Assembly: GCA_049975265.1 (NCBI GenBank)
Contig: JBNGDF010000006.1
Span: 65,160-129,159, forward strand
Direction of reading: 5' to 3'
DNA from: Fidelibacterota bacterium
GTDB lineage: Bacteria; Fidelibacterota; UBA2242
DNA: 64,000 bases
Position numbers and translations under genes: made by a program. The stretch's first letter is position 1. Every line of letters starts with the position of its first letter. A model generated the notes under the pieces. The model was not told the origin of the DNA and did no database searches. It worked only from the letters and a program-made list of their open reading frames with translations. Below are positions 29,830 to 40,700 of the stretch, piece by piece.

Positions 29830-32800
29830 ATGATTCGAAACATACCATTCAGACGATTCGCCGATGGCTCGCTTCCAAAACAGGGGCTGTACGATCCCCG
29901 TCATGAACATGACAGCTGCGGTATCGGCTTCGTCGCCGATCTCGATGGAATTCCCAAGCACCGGCTGATCTCCGACGGTATCATGATCCTGACCAACCTG
30001 GAACACCGCGGTGCAGTGGGCGGCGATAAAGCCACCGGTGACGGCGCCGGTCTGCTGATCCAGATTCCCGACGAATTCTTCAGGCTCAACTGCTCGGAAA
30101 TAAAGCTCCCAGCTCCGGGCGAATACTCCGTGGCAATGGTCTTTTTACCGACCCGCCGACAACTCGCCGAACGCTGCCGGAAGCTGATCGAAAGGACTGT
30201 GGAATCCGAAGGGTGCGAGATGCTGGGCTGGCGTCAGGTGCCCACTGATCGTTCCGGACTCGGCGCCCTGGCAAAATCCACCGAACCCGTCATTAATCAG
30301 CTGTTTATCGCCCGGGGCTCCATTGCTCAAAACCGCTTCGAACAGAAGCTGTACGTCATCCGCCGCAGCGTGGAAAAAGCCGCTGCCGCCTGGAAAACCG
30401 ACACCACACAATTCTACATCTCCTCTATGTCCAGTCGTATCATCGTCTACAAAGGTTTACTAACCGGTACCCAGTTACCGCAATACTATCCCGATCTGTG
30501 CCAGCCCACTCTGAAAAGCGCCTTTACACTCCTTCATCAGCGCTTCAGCACCAATACCCTGCCCGGTTGGAATCTGGCTCAGCCCTTCCGGTATATCGCC
30601 CATAACGGCGAAATTAATACACTCCAGGGCAATATCTTTCGGATGAAAGCCCGCGAGGCGTTTCTGAAATCCCCCGTTTTCGGTGAAGATATCGAAAAAC
30701 TCAAACCGATTATCCTAGAAAGCGGCAGCGATTCGGCTATTTTCGACAATGTTCTGGAACTGCTGGTACTGGCGGGGCGCTCCCTGCCACATGCCATGAT
30801 GATGATGGTCCCGGAAGCCTACGGTCCGCGAATCCAGATGAGTGAAGACAAACGCGCCTTTTACGAATTCCATTCCTCAATCATGGAGCCCTGGGACGGT
30901 CCGGCGTCACTGGTATTCACCGACGGACGCTATATCGGCGGCACCCTGGACCGCAACGGTCTGCGCCCCAGCCGTTATACAATTACCAAAAACGGCTGCA
31001 TCGTCATGGCGTCGGAATCGGGGGTGCTGGATTTCCGGGGCGGAGACATCCGCAGCCGCGGACGTCTGCAACCGGGTAAAATGTTCCTCGTTGATCTGCA
31101 GCAAAATCGGGTCATTCCCGACAATGAGATCAAGGCAAAGATTTCCCGCCAGAAACCCTATCGCCGCTGGATTCGGGACAAGCGGATCGAGCTGCGCGGG
31201 CTCTTTGCACCCTCTCACACTCCCCGCATCGAGAAACAGGAGCTGCTCCGCCTCCAGCACTCCTTTGGGTATACCGACGAGGAGTTATTAATGATCATCA
31301 ATCCGATGGCTTCCCGGGGACAGGAAGCCATTGGTTCCATGGGCAATGATACTCCCTTGGCGGTGCTTTCCTCCAAGCCCCAACTGCTGTTCAATTATTT
31401 CAAACAGCGTTTTGCTCAGGTTACCAATCCGCCGATTGATCCGCTCCGGGAAGAGCTGGTCATGTCGCTGGAGAGTTTTCTGGGTCGGGAGAGCAACCTG
31501 CTGGAAGAGACTCCCGATCAATACCGCGGTCTGAAACTGGCACATCCCATCCTGACGATTCGGGATATGCTGCGCATGCGTGAAGCCGAGCAGATGGACC
31601 TGAAATCCGCCGAGCTGAATATGCTGTTTACGGTAACTCAGCCTTTGGAAGAAGCCCTGGAATTTCTCTTCCGGCAAGCCGAAATGGCAATTAAAGACGG
31701 TGCCTCTCTTCTGATTCTGACTGACAGACAGATTGCCAAAGATCAGGCAGCCATTCCGTCTCTGCTGGCAGCCGCCGGGCTGCATCATCATCTCATCCGC
31801 AAAGGGCTGCGTAATTCCGTGGGCATTATTGTCGAAACGGCGGAGGTTCGGGAAGTCTTCCATTTTGCCTTATTAATCGGCTACGGCGTGGACGCAGTCT
31901 GCCCCTATCTGGCGCTTTATACCGTCCGGGATTTGGCGGAATCAAAGCTGCTGGAACGGGAAATTTCCGCCGTGGAGGCGCAGGACGCTTACATCACCGC
32001 CGTAAAGAAGGGTTTGTTGAAAACCTTCAGCCGGATGGGAATTTCCACCGTGCACAGCTTCTTCGGATCCCAGATTTTCGAAGCCCTCGGACTGGATCGG
32101 AGCGTCGTCGATACCTATTTTACCGGAACACCGAGTCGCATCGGCGGCATCGGTTTAAATGATATCGCCAAAGAACGCCTGGAACTGCATATCAAAGGTT
32201 TTCCGGAAAACGGTGAAGTCGCACCTCTTTTAGAAAGCGGTGGTAATTATCGGCTGCGCACCGATGGTGAAAAGCATTTCTGGAATACGGAAACCATCTA
32301 CAAACTGCAACATGCTACCCGGGTAGACAGCTATTCGGTTTTTAAGGAATATACAACTTTAATCGATCAAAAATCCGCGGATCACCGGACATTGCGCAGT
32401 CTGCTGACATTCAAGCCGAGCCAACCCATACCCCTTCACGAAGTCGAACCGGTGGAAAACATCGTCAAACGCTTTGTCTCGGCGGCGATGTCCTTCGGCT
32501 CCATCAGCAGAGAGGCGCATGAGACTATTGCCATTGCCATGAACCGGCTGGGCGCCCGAAGCAACTCCGGCGAAGGCGGCGAGGACCCGGTTCGCTCCAA
32601 ACTGCAGGATAACGGCGACAGTTTACGCTCCCGGATCAGACAGATTGCCTCGGGACGCTTCGGTGTGACCACGGAATATCTGATCCATGCCGATGAAATT
32701 CAGATCAAAACGGCTCAGGGGGCAAAACCAGGTGAAGGTGGTCAGCTGCCGGGTCACAAGGTCAGTCTGGAAATCGCCGCCGTCCGGCACACAATTCCAG

Positions 32801-34386
32801 GTGTAACACTGATATCACCACCGCCCCATCACGATATCTACTCCATCGAAGACCTGGCGCAGCTGATCTACGATCTGAAAACCATCAATCCCACCGCCCG
32901 GATATCGGTCAAACTGGTCTCAGAAGCAGGTGTCGGAACGATCGCTGCCGGAGTGGCAAAAGGCAAAGCCGATACAGTGCTGATCTGCGGGCAGGACGGC
33001 GGCACCGGTGCTTCACCCTTAACCGCCATCAAACATGCCGGACTCCCCTGGGAACTGGGGCTGGCAGAAGTCCAACAGGTGCTGACAGCCAATCGGCTGC
33101 GCGACCGGATTCGGGTCCAGGTGGACGGACAGTTAAAAACCGGACGCGATCTGGCAATCGCCGCTCTTTTGGGTGCCGAAGAATTCGGGTTCGGTACATC
33201 CCTCCTGATTACGCTGGGGTGCGTCATGATGCGCAAATGCCACCTGAACACCTGTCCCGTGGGCATCGGCACTCAGAATCCCGCCCTGCGCGCCCGCTTC
33301 TCAGGAAAGCCCGAATATGTGGAACGTTTTCTGCGCTTTATCGCACAGGAGCTGCGGGAATATATGGCAATGCTGGGTTTTAAAACCCTAGATGATATGG
33401 TTGGTCACAGCGAACTTCTGGACCTGAAACCCGCAACTGAATGCCACAAGGCACAAAAGCTGGATTTCAGCAATATTTTATATCCCAAAAATCGGAGCAA
33501 ACAAGCCATCCTGAGATGTACCCGTCAACCGAAAATCTTCGAAAACAGCGATCTAGAAACCCGAATTATGACAGCATCCCAACCGGCACTGGACAGTAAA
33601 AAACCGGTGAAGATCGATTTACCGGTACGAAATATCCACCGCACTGTCGGTACCCGCCTCAGCGGCGAGATCGTGAAAAAATACGGAGCCGGCGGACTCC
33701 CTGACCATACTATTCGGATCAACCTGAAGGGTTCTGCGGGACAGAGCCTGGGCGCTTTTCTCTGTCCCGGAATCACCATTCATGTCCATGGGGATGCCAA
33801 CGATTATCTCGGCAAAGGGATGTCCGGCGGACGCATCATTGTCACACCACCGGCGGGAGCAACCTTTCCGGCACAGGAAAATATCATCTGCGGCAATGTC
33901 GTCCTCTACGGCGCTACCGGCGGAGAGATTTACATTAACGGCATTGCCGGAGAACGCTTTTGCGTGCGGAACAGTGGCGCCTCTGCCGTGGTGGAAGGGA
34001 TTGGCGATCACGGCTGCGAATACATGACGGGGGGAACCGCTGTGATCATCGGTCAGACAGGGAAAAATTTCGCCGCCGGAATGAGTGGCGGAATTGCCTA
34101 TGTCTATGATCGCACGGAGATGTTCGATACCCTGTGCAACCTGGATATGGTCAATCTGGAAAGCGTCTGGAGCAAAAGCGATCAGAAAATTCTGTACAAC
34201 ATGCTGAATAATCATGTCAGATATACCGACAGCCGGCAGGGGAAAATGATCCTCGAAAACTGGGATGCGCAATTTCCCCTCTTTGTCAAAGTCATGCCGA
34301 TTGATTATCAGCTGGTTCTGGAACGCATGCGGTTGCAGGAGCACCCCTCCGAAGAGACGGTCTCCGCCACGGAAGAGGTTTATTAA
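29830..34386 (+). CDS. gltB: Glutamate synthase large subunit
   Basis: HDSCGIGF (Ntn Cys), HQRFSTNT, HNGEINT, AMSFGS, GAKPGEGGQLPG, CVMMRKCHLNTCPVG, GXGXG repeats. Start set at ATG 29830. Confidence 0.98.
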   Translation: MIRNIPFRRFADGSLPKQGLYDPRHEHDSCGIGFVADLDGIPKHRLISDGIMILTNLEHRGAVGGDKATGDGAGLLIQIPDEFFRLNCSEIKLPAPGEYSVAMVFLPTRRQLAERCRKLIERTVESEGCEMLGWRQVPTDRSGLGALAKSTEPVINQLFIARGSIAQNRFEQKLYVIRRSVEKAAAAWKTDTTQFYISSMSSRIIVYKGLLTGTQLPQYYPDLCQPTLKSAFTLLHQRFSTNTLPGWNLAQPFRYIAHNGEINTLQGNIFRMKAREAFLKSPVFGEDIEKLKPIILESGSDSAIFDNVLELLVLAGRSLPHAMMMMVPEAYGPRIQMSEDKRAFYEFHSSIMEPWDGPASLVFTDGRYIGGTLDRNGLRPSRYTITKNGCIVMASESGVLDFRGGDIRSRGRLQPGKMFLVDLQQNRVIPDNEIKAKISRQKPYRRWIRDKRIELRGLFAPSHTPRIEKQELLRLQHSFGYTDEELLMIINPMASRGQEAIGSMGNDTPLAVLSSKPQLLFNYFKQRFAQVTNPPIDPLREELVMSLESFLGRESNLLEETPDQYRGLKLAHPILTIRDMLRMREAEQMDLKSAELNMLFTVTQPLEEALEFLFRQAEMAIKDGASLLILTDRQIAKDQAAIPSLLAAAGLHHHLIRKGLRNSVGIIVETAEVREVFHFALLIGYGVDAVCPYLALYTVRDLAESKLLEREISAVEAQDAYITAVKKGLLKTFSRMGISTVHSFFGSQIFEALGLDRSVVDTYFTGTPSRIGGIGLNDIAKERLELHIKGFPENGEVAPLLESGGNYRLRTDGEKHFWNTETIYKLQHATRVDSYSVFKEYTTLIDQKSADHRTLRSLLTFKPSQPIPLHEVEPVENIVKRFVSAAMSFGSISREAHETIAIAMNRLGARSNSGEGGEDPVRSKLQDNGDSLRSRIRQIASGRFGVTTEYLIHADEIQIKTAQGAKPGEGGQLPGHKVSLEIAAVRHTIPGVTLISPPPHHDIYSIEDLAQLIYDLKTINPTARISVKLVSEAGVGTIAAGVAKGKADTVLICGQDGGTGASPLTAIKHAGLPWELGLAEVQQVLTANRLRDRIRVQVDGQLKTGRDLAIAALLGAEEFGFGTSLLITLGCVMMRKCHLNTCPVGIGTQNPALRARFSGKPEYVERFLRFIAQELREYMAMLGFKTLDDMVGHSELLDLKPATECHKAQKLDFSNILYPKNRSKQAILRCTRQPKIFENSDLETRIMTASQPALDSKKPVKIDLPVRNIHRTVGTRLSGEIVKKYGAGGLPDHTIRINLKGSAGQSLGAFLCPGITIHVHGDANDYLGKGMSGGRIIVTPPAGATFPAQENIICGNVVLYGATGGEIYINGIAGERFCVRNSGASAVVEGIGDHGCEYMTGGTAVIIGQTGKNFAAGMSGGIAYVYDRTEMFDTLCNLDMVNLESVWSKSDQKILYNMLNNHVRYTDSRQGKMILENWDAQFPLFVKVMPIDYQLVLERMRLQEHPSEETVSATEEVY

Positions 34387-34407
34387 TGATTAGAGGAGAA
34401 TAGATCA

Positions 34408-35844
34408 ATGGCGAAACCGACCGGCTTTCTCGAATACAAGCGAACAGACCCCGGTAAAAAAAGTGTCGCCCGGCGCGTGCAGGATTTTAAAGAATTTGAA
34501 ATCCCGCTGAATCAGACCGAATTACAGCAACAGGCAGCCCGCTGCATGGATTGCGGCGTTCCCAGCTGTCATACGTTCGGTTGTCCTTTGAACAACCGGA
34601 TACCTGACTGGAACGATATGGTTTACCGGGAAAAATGGCGGCGTGCCTATTTACTACTGCAGACAACCAACAATTTTCCGGAAATCACCGGACGCATCTG
34701 TCCGGCGCCCTGTGAAGCCGCCTGTACCCTGTCCATCAACGATAGGCCGGTTACCATCCGTCATATCGAATTGCAGATTGTCGAGAAAGCCTGGCAGGCG
34801 GGCTGGATTCAGCCGGTCATTGCACCACAAAAATCGGGCAAACGGGTGGCGGTGATCGGTTCCGGACCGGCAGGGCTGACCGCGGCTCAGGAGTTGGCTC
34901 GCTACGGTCATACTGTCACCGTTTTTGAAAAATCCAACCGCATCGGCGGGCTGTTGCGTTACGGTATCCCCGATTATAAATTGGAAAAATGGGTGATTGA
35001 CCGGCGGCTGGAACAGCTCGAAGCCGAGGGAGTCCGCTTTGAAACCGGTGTCGATGCCGGCGTGGATATTTCGGCTCGCTATCTGAAAAAGATTTTTGAT
35101 GCTATTCTACTGACCACCGGGGCAGGCGTCCCGCGGGATATTCCTATTCCGGGGCGGGGACTGGACGGGATTCACTTTGCCATGGATTTTCTGACCCAGC
35201 AGAACCGCCGGATTGCCGGCGAATCGATTGCCGGTCAGCGGGAGATTTCAGTAAAAAATAAGCAGGTGGTGGTCATCGGTGGCGGCGATACCGGCGCGGA
35301 TTGTGTCGGAACCGCCCGGCGGCAGGGTGCCAGCCGGATCACCCAATTGGAAGTCCTTCCGAAACCGCCAACCGCACGACCACCCGATAACCCCTGGCCC
35401 ACCTGGCCTAATATTTTACGCAACTCGTCATCCCATGAGGAGGGTTGTGAACGGCTCTGGAGTGTCCGGACAAAAGCCTTTGTCAGCGATTTGGTTGACG
35501 GTGTGCATGTCAAACGCCTGCAATGTGTGAAACTGGACTGGAGTATTGAGTCGGGCAATCCCCAGCTGCGCTGCCGGGAAATTCCCGGCTCCGAATTCAG
35601 TCTCGACGCCGATCTGGTGCTGCTGGCAGCGGGCTTTCTGCACACCGAACACGGGGTCTTAGCCGAGCATTTGCAGCTGAAAACCGATACCCGGGGAAAT
35701 ATTTCCACCGGCGCCAACGCCATGACCTCCAATCCGGGCGTCTTTGCGGCAGGTGACTGTGTCCGGGGTGCTTCGCTGGTGGTCGATGCCATCGCCGAGG
35801 GTCGCCGCTTAGCTGAGCAGGTTCGGTGCTACTTAGCCGGTTAA
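34408..35844 (+). CDS. gltD: Glutamate synthase small subunit
   Basis: RCMDCGVPSC...CP, GRICPAPCE, GSGPAG, GGGDTG, AAGD; AGGAG RBS. Confidence 0.97.
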   Translation: MAKPTGFLEYKRTDPGKKSVARRVQDFKEFEIPLNQTELQQQAARCMDCGVPSCHTFGCPLNNRIPDWNDMVYREKWRRAYLLLQTTNNFPEITGRICPAPCEAACTLSINDRPVTIRHIELQIVEKAWQAGWIQPVIAPQKSGKRVAVIGSGPAGLTAAQELARYGHTVTVFEKSNRIGGLLRYGIPDYKLEKWVIDRRLEQLEAEGVRFETGVDAGVDISARYLKKIFDAILLTTGAGVPRDIPIPGRGLDGIHFAMDFLTQQNRRIAGESIAGQREISVKNKQVVVIGGGDTGADCVGTARRQGASRITQLEVLPKPPTARPPDNPWPTWPNILRNSSSHEEGCERLWSVRTKAFVSDLVDGVHVKRLQCVKLDWSIESGNPQLRCREIPGSEFSLDADLVLLAAGFLHTEHGVLAEHLQLKTDTRGNISTGANAMTSNPGVFAAGDCVRGASLVVDAIAEGRRLAEQVRCYLAG

Positions 35845-36026
35845 TATCTCCGGCACCCGGAAGTCAATCCTGAGCTTATCCTGCGAAATCAGATAATCTG
35901 TCGTCAAGCGACCGGCGAAAATCCCAATGTCACTGCAAGCCGTTTGTCTGTGCCTGACCGGGCATAGGGAATATTTTGTTGAATAAGTAGTTGTTATTTT
36001 TTATTATTACATGGGAAATACGCCGT

Positions 36027-37673
36027 ATGAAACCAGACCGGAAAACGCCACGACATATAATGACAGCACTCTATGCTCTTAGGGCGGCTGTTATCCTGCT
36101 GCTGTTCGACGTTGTATCACCGGCGGCAACTCTCCGGGTTGTAGTAAAAGACAGGGTTAATTTTCGGGAGGGACCGGGGCGGAATTACCCAATTCTTGAC
36201 CAGTTGTACGGCGGAGACATTGTGATTCAAACCAATCAGACCAGGGAATGGATCCATGTCCAGCGCGGAAACGGCAATTACGGCTGGGTCAATGTCACAA
36301 TGCTGGCTGCCGATGCAGGTAAGTCTCTGCTACCCGATTTACAGTTGTACAAACGGGGCAATCTGCGGGTGACACCGACTACCGCTGCGGATATTATCAA
36401 CCAGCTAGAACCGCCTCAACTGCTGAAGCAGGTTTTTCAAACCGGCACCTGGCACGCCGTAATCACCGAGGATGCCTCTTTCGGATGGGTGCATGATGTA
36501 ATCATCAAAGAAATTTCCAATCTCCACGGTACTATCCAGGTATTGACCGCCAGCAATATTCGTTCGGGACCGGGAACCGCATACACAATTATTACCGAAG
36601 TCGAACCCGGAACCGCATTAATACCTATCGCCCAATTCGCCGATTGGTTTTTGGTCGAAACCAAAAGCCGGCAGCGGGGTTGGGTTTATCACAGGTTGGT
36701 TCAGATTGAATTGCCCGGACAGGCGATTGACCGGATCGTCCGGATTCGCACCAACGGCAACGTCAGGAGCGGACCGGGTTTGGATTACCCGGTGACAAAC
36801 CATATCAGTGCCGGAATTGAGTTCCCGGTTACCAACATTCATGAAGACTGGTTTCAGATCGGCGACGGTGCTCCCGTCAGTGGATGGATTCATCGAATAT
36901 TAACTGACACCGATTCCGAGCCTGTTTATGCCGTCGAAAACGCCGGTCCAAGCACTCTTGAACTCATCAAAGCCACAATTGATTCGGCGCACAACGCACA
37001 TATTAATCAGCATTACTATGATGCCATCGCCCTCTATCACAAAAGTCGCGCCGATATCCGTCAATTGTACCTTGAAAATCCTGCAAACCCATGTATCCGT
37101 TTCTATTATGCCCGGAACATTTACGCTCTGGCAGAGCATTTACATCTGGAACCGAATCAAGCCTCCGCCGAAGCCTACCAAATCCTAAAGGAAACCAGCC
37201 TGACCGAGGATTGTGCCGAAAATATTATTAATCTGATTCGCTCCATGGAAGAATCTGTCACAATCCGATCAGCCATCCTCGGCGCTTTCGGTGGTACCGA
37301 TTTACTGGAGCGCCGACTGATCAACTATGGCGAACGAGCCCCGCACATCTTTCCCTTTATCACCGAAGCCGAAATCTACCGGCTGATCGGTCGCTATCTG
37401 GCATTGCAAAAAAATAAATCGGCTGAAGCCGCGCAGTGGCAGCAGAAGAGTGTCGTTCTTTATCAATCTCTTCTTAAAAACGGGATCGAACTGGGCAGTC
37501 TGGGTCTGGAGAATTACTTTTATGTTCTCATGGAACTGGGAGTCAGTCAGGCGAAACTTGGATTTGATACAAGCATGGATTATTTTGCCAAAGCCCTCGA
37601 ACTGATCGAAGCAAACCAGAATAATTACTGGCGCAATTACTACCGGCGTACCCTGGAAACAATAGCCCGCTAG
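36027..37673 (+). CDS. Exported multi-SH3b domain protein with helical (TPR-like) C-terminus
   Basis: Repeats VNFREGPG, SNIRSGPG, GNVRSGPG (plus one degenerate), each followed by W...GWV/GWI; start uncertain (35991/36027/36060). Confidence 0.8.
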   Translation: MKPDRKTPRHIMTALYALRAAVILLLFDVVSPAATLRVVVKDRVNFREGPGRNYPILDQLYGGDIVIQTNQTREWIHVQRGNGNYGWVNVTMLAADAGKSLLPDLQLYKRGNLRVTPTTAADIINQLEPPQLLKQVFQTGTWHAVITEDASFGWVHDVIIKEISNLHGTIQVLTASNIRSGPGTAYTIITEVEPGTALIPIAQFADWFLVETKSRQRGWVYHRLVQIELPGQAIDRIVRIRTNGNVRSGPGLDYPVTNHISAGIEFPVTNIHEDWFQIGDGAPVSGWIHRILTDTDSEPVYAVENAGPSTLELIKATIDSAHNAHINQHYYDAIALYHKSRADIRQLYLENPANPCIRFYYARNIYALAEHLHLEPNQASAEAYQILKETSLTEDCAENIINLIRSMEESVTIRSAILGAFGGTDLLERRLINYGERAPHIFPFITEAEIYRLIGRYLALQKNKSAEAAQWQQKSVVLYQSLLKNGIELGSLGLENYFYVLMELGVSQAKLGFDTSMDYFAKALELIEANQNNYWRNYYRRTLETIAR

Positions 37674-37697
37674 ATGGGAATTCAAAAGAATCAGAAA

Positions 37698-37714
37698 CAA
37701 CCCCGCAGGGGTTG
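37698..37714. terminator. Short hairpin between convergent genes
   Basis: CAACCCC-GCA-GGGGTTG; could be a terminator or a REP-like palindrome. Confidence 0.45.
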
Positions 37715-37760
37715 AACTATTGCTTTAAAAACACCCCAAAAGGCGATTAGCAAAAGGATA

Positions 37761-40700
37761 TCAAGACTTTTCCTTTGATGCGTCCGACGACTCGTCCAGA
37801 ATTTCCCGCACCACTTTCAGGATGTCCATGGGAAAATAGGGTTTCTGGATGAAACGCGCCAGCCCGGCTTTGTAGAGCTCCGACTTGCGCCCGGGATCGA
37901 CAAAACCGCTGGCTATGATCACCCGGGCATCCGGATTGATCTTGCGAATGCGGTAAAAAACCTCATCTCCGGTCAGTCGCGGGAGCCCCATATCGCTGAT
38001 AATCAGGTCAATCTCCGACGGTGCCTGGGAGTATTTTTCGATACCGGAAACACCGTCTTTCGCCACAATAACCTGATAACCCTGGGAGCCGAAAACAGTG
38101 GTCAGCATTTCAATAATGCTCTCTTCATCCTCAATCAGCAAAATTGTCTCATTGCCGCCCGTCATCCCGGGAGCCTCCGCGTCGTTTTCAGCACCGGCGA
38201 CATCCAAAATATCCTGCGTCACCGGAACCGGCAGATAGATCCGAAACGTCGCCCCGGCAGCCGGCGCACTCTCCACCTCGATAAAACCGTTATGATTCCG
38301 AATAATGCCATGCACAGTCGCCAGTCCCAGACCGGTACCCTGCCCCTGCTCCTTGGTCGTATAAAAAGGCTCGAAGATCCGCTCGGTGGTTGTCTTGTCC
38401 ATACCGACACCGGTATCACGGATACACAATTTAACATACTCTGCGGCAATGGCATCCGGATGACGCTGACGCAGCCGCTGACCCGCTTCACGATCGGCAT
38501 AAAAACTGAGCGTCCCGCCCTTTGGCATGGCATCGCGGGCATTCACACTCAGATTCATGAGAACCTGCTGAATCTGAGAGGCATCCGCCATGATCAGAGG
38601 CAGCCGGGGGTCCACATCGGTTTCAAAGATGATCGTCTTGGGAAAGGTCTCTTGCAGCAATTTTACCGTATCGGCGACAATCTCACTCAGTTTTAACGGT
38701 CTTGCCTCGGGCTCGCTCTTACGCGCCAGGGTCAGCAGGCGTTTGACAAGGTCGGCGCCCCGCTGGCTGGCTCTTTCGATGGTGGCGATGCTGTGCTGGA
38801 TTTTCTCAGGCGTACGCTGACCCATTTTCAGCAGCGTGGCGTGCCCCAAAACTATGGATAAAATATTGTTAAAATCATGGGCAATGCCGCTGGCAAGCCG
38901 TCCCAGCGCCTCCATCTTCTGGGTCTGACGCAGCTGCTCTTCACTGGCTTTGAGATTTGCCTCCATCTGCTTGCGTTCACTGATATCCCGAATGATCATA
39001 CTGATGCGGGGTTCACCTTTGCTGTTATAAAAAATTGAAGAAGAGACCTCCGCCTCGAATTTCGAACCGTCCTTGCGGATATAGGTCAATTCTCCTTTGG
39101 CGCTGCCATCACGGCTTCGTTTTTCCAACAATACCGGCAAACGCGGGTCCTGAAGGTCTACAATCCCGTCTTTACCCGCCGTACACAATTCGGCTTCGCT
39201 CATTTGAAACATTTCACAGGCTGCCCGGTTAGCCGACAGGATTCTACCATCGGGAATCGTCAACAGAACGGCGTCCAGACTATTGTCCATCAGTAAGCGG
39301 TAGCGCTCTTCGCTTTCCCTGATTTTTTCGTCCGCCTGCTTATGTTCCGTGATGTCCAGATGCACACCGGCTGCCCGGACCGGCTTGCCATTGATATCCC
39401 GCTCGACGACCCGCCCCATATTCAGAATCCACTTCCAGGCACCGCTTTTGGTGCGCATGCGCTGCTCTACCCGTAAAAAATCGGTCTGTCCGTTTTCATG
39501 AGCGGCAATGGTCTCTTTTACCCGTGGCAGATCATCGGGATGGATCGCATCAAAGAAAAAATCAATATTCGCAGCCACCTCACTTAACTCGTAGCCCAGC
39601 ATTCTCGCCCACTCTTCATTCCGGATGATTACGCCGGTGCGTAAATCCTGTTCCCAGAGTCCCACGCCGGCACTTTGCACGGCTAATTCCAGCGCTTCCC
39701 GAATACGCTTACGCTCGGTAATATCGGTAAAGAGAACAAATTGCAAATCCGCGGTCGCCGTTATACGAAATTCCACCTGCCGGATACCACCATCCTTACA
39801 GACAACCGCATATTCCAGCGGCTCAATCTCCGTCTGGGTCTGCTTCGCCTTTTCAACGGCAGCAGCCCACATCATGCGAATCTTGTCGCGGACCGATTCA
39901 TCCGGATAAGCACACCGGTACCATTCTTCAATAGTCGGTATATCATCAATGGTATAGCCGAAAATATCGGTGAATTTTTTACTGACAAAAACGACTTTAT
40001 CGTCTTTATCCGCAATGACAATCCCCACCGGCGCCGTTTCTGCCAGGAGGCGGAAACGCATCTCACTGGCTTTCAGGGCTGCTTCCGCGCGCCTGCGCTC
40101 CGCTATATCCCGCGCCATTCCCAGAATAAATTCACCCTCCGGCAGTATGACTTTGGAAATCGTCACCTCTACCGGGTAGATGGAACCGTCCTTTCTACGA
40201 TGAACAGCCTCAAATGTAATCGCCGGATCTTCCGGTTTCATCACCTTCCAGTGATTGGATATATCGTCCCGCTCCCTTGCGGACGGGTCAATATCCATGA
40301 TATTCAGCGCCTGCAACTCTGCTTTGCTGTAGCCCAGACTCCTGATAACCGTCTGGTTGGCTTCCACAATTCGTCCTTCCAGATCATGATAAAAGACCAT
40401 TTCAGCCGCCTGATCAATCAGTGTGCGGAATTTTTCCTCGCTCGCCCGCAAAGCCCTCTGGGCGGCGCGCTCGGCACTCTGATCCCGGAAAACCAGAACC
40501 ACACCCAGAATCTCGCCGTCTTCCGTCCTGATCGGCGCACCACTATCGGCGATGGGAATCTCTCTGCCATCCCGGGTTAGCAGCAATGTATGGTTCGCCA
40601 GTCCCTGGACAGAACCCTCACGGATGACTTTCTGAACCGGACTTTCCACCTCCTGACGGCTCTCTTCATTAATAATTTTAAAAATCTCCCGGACGGATTT

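Noticed and set aside
8061..40580. Long antisense ORFs (8061-8744, 10977-11765, 12137-12802, 14162-14830, 16469-17260, 19458-20102, 33619-34344, 39741-40580)
   Set aside because: Each lies opposite a well-supported gene and has no recognisable motifs; expected from codon bias.
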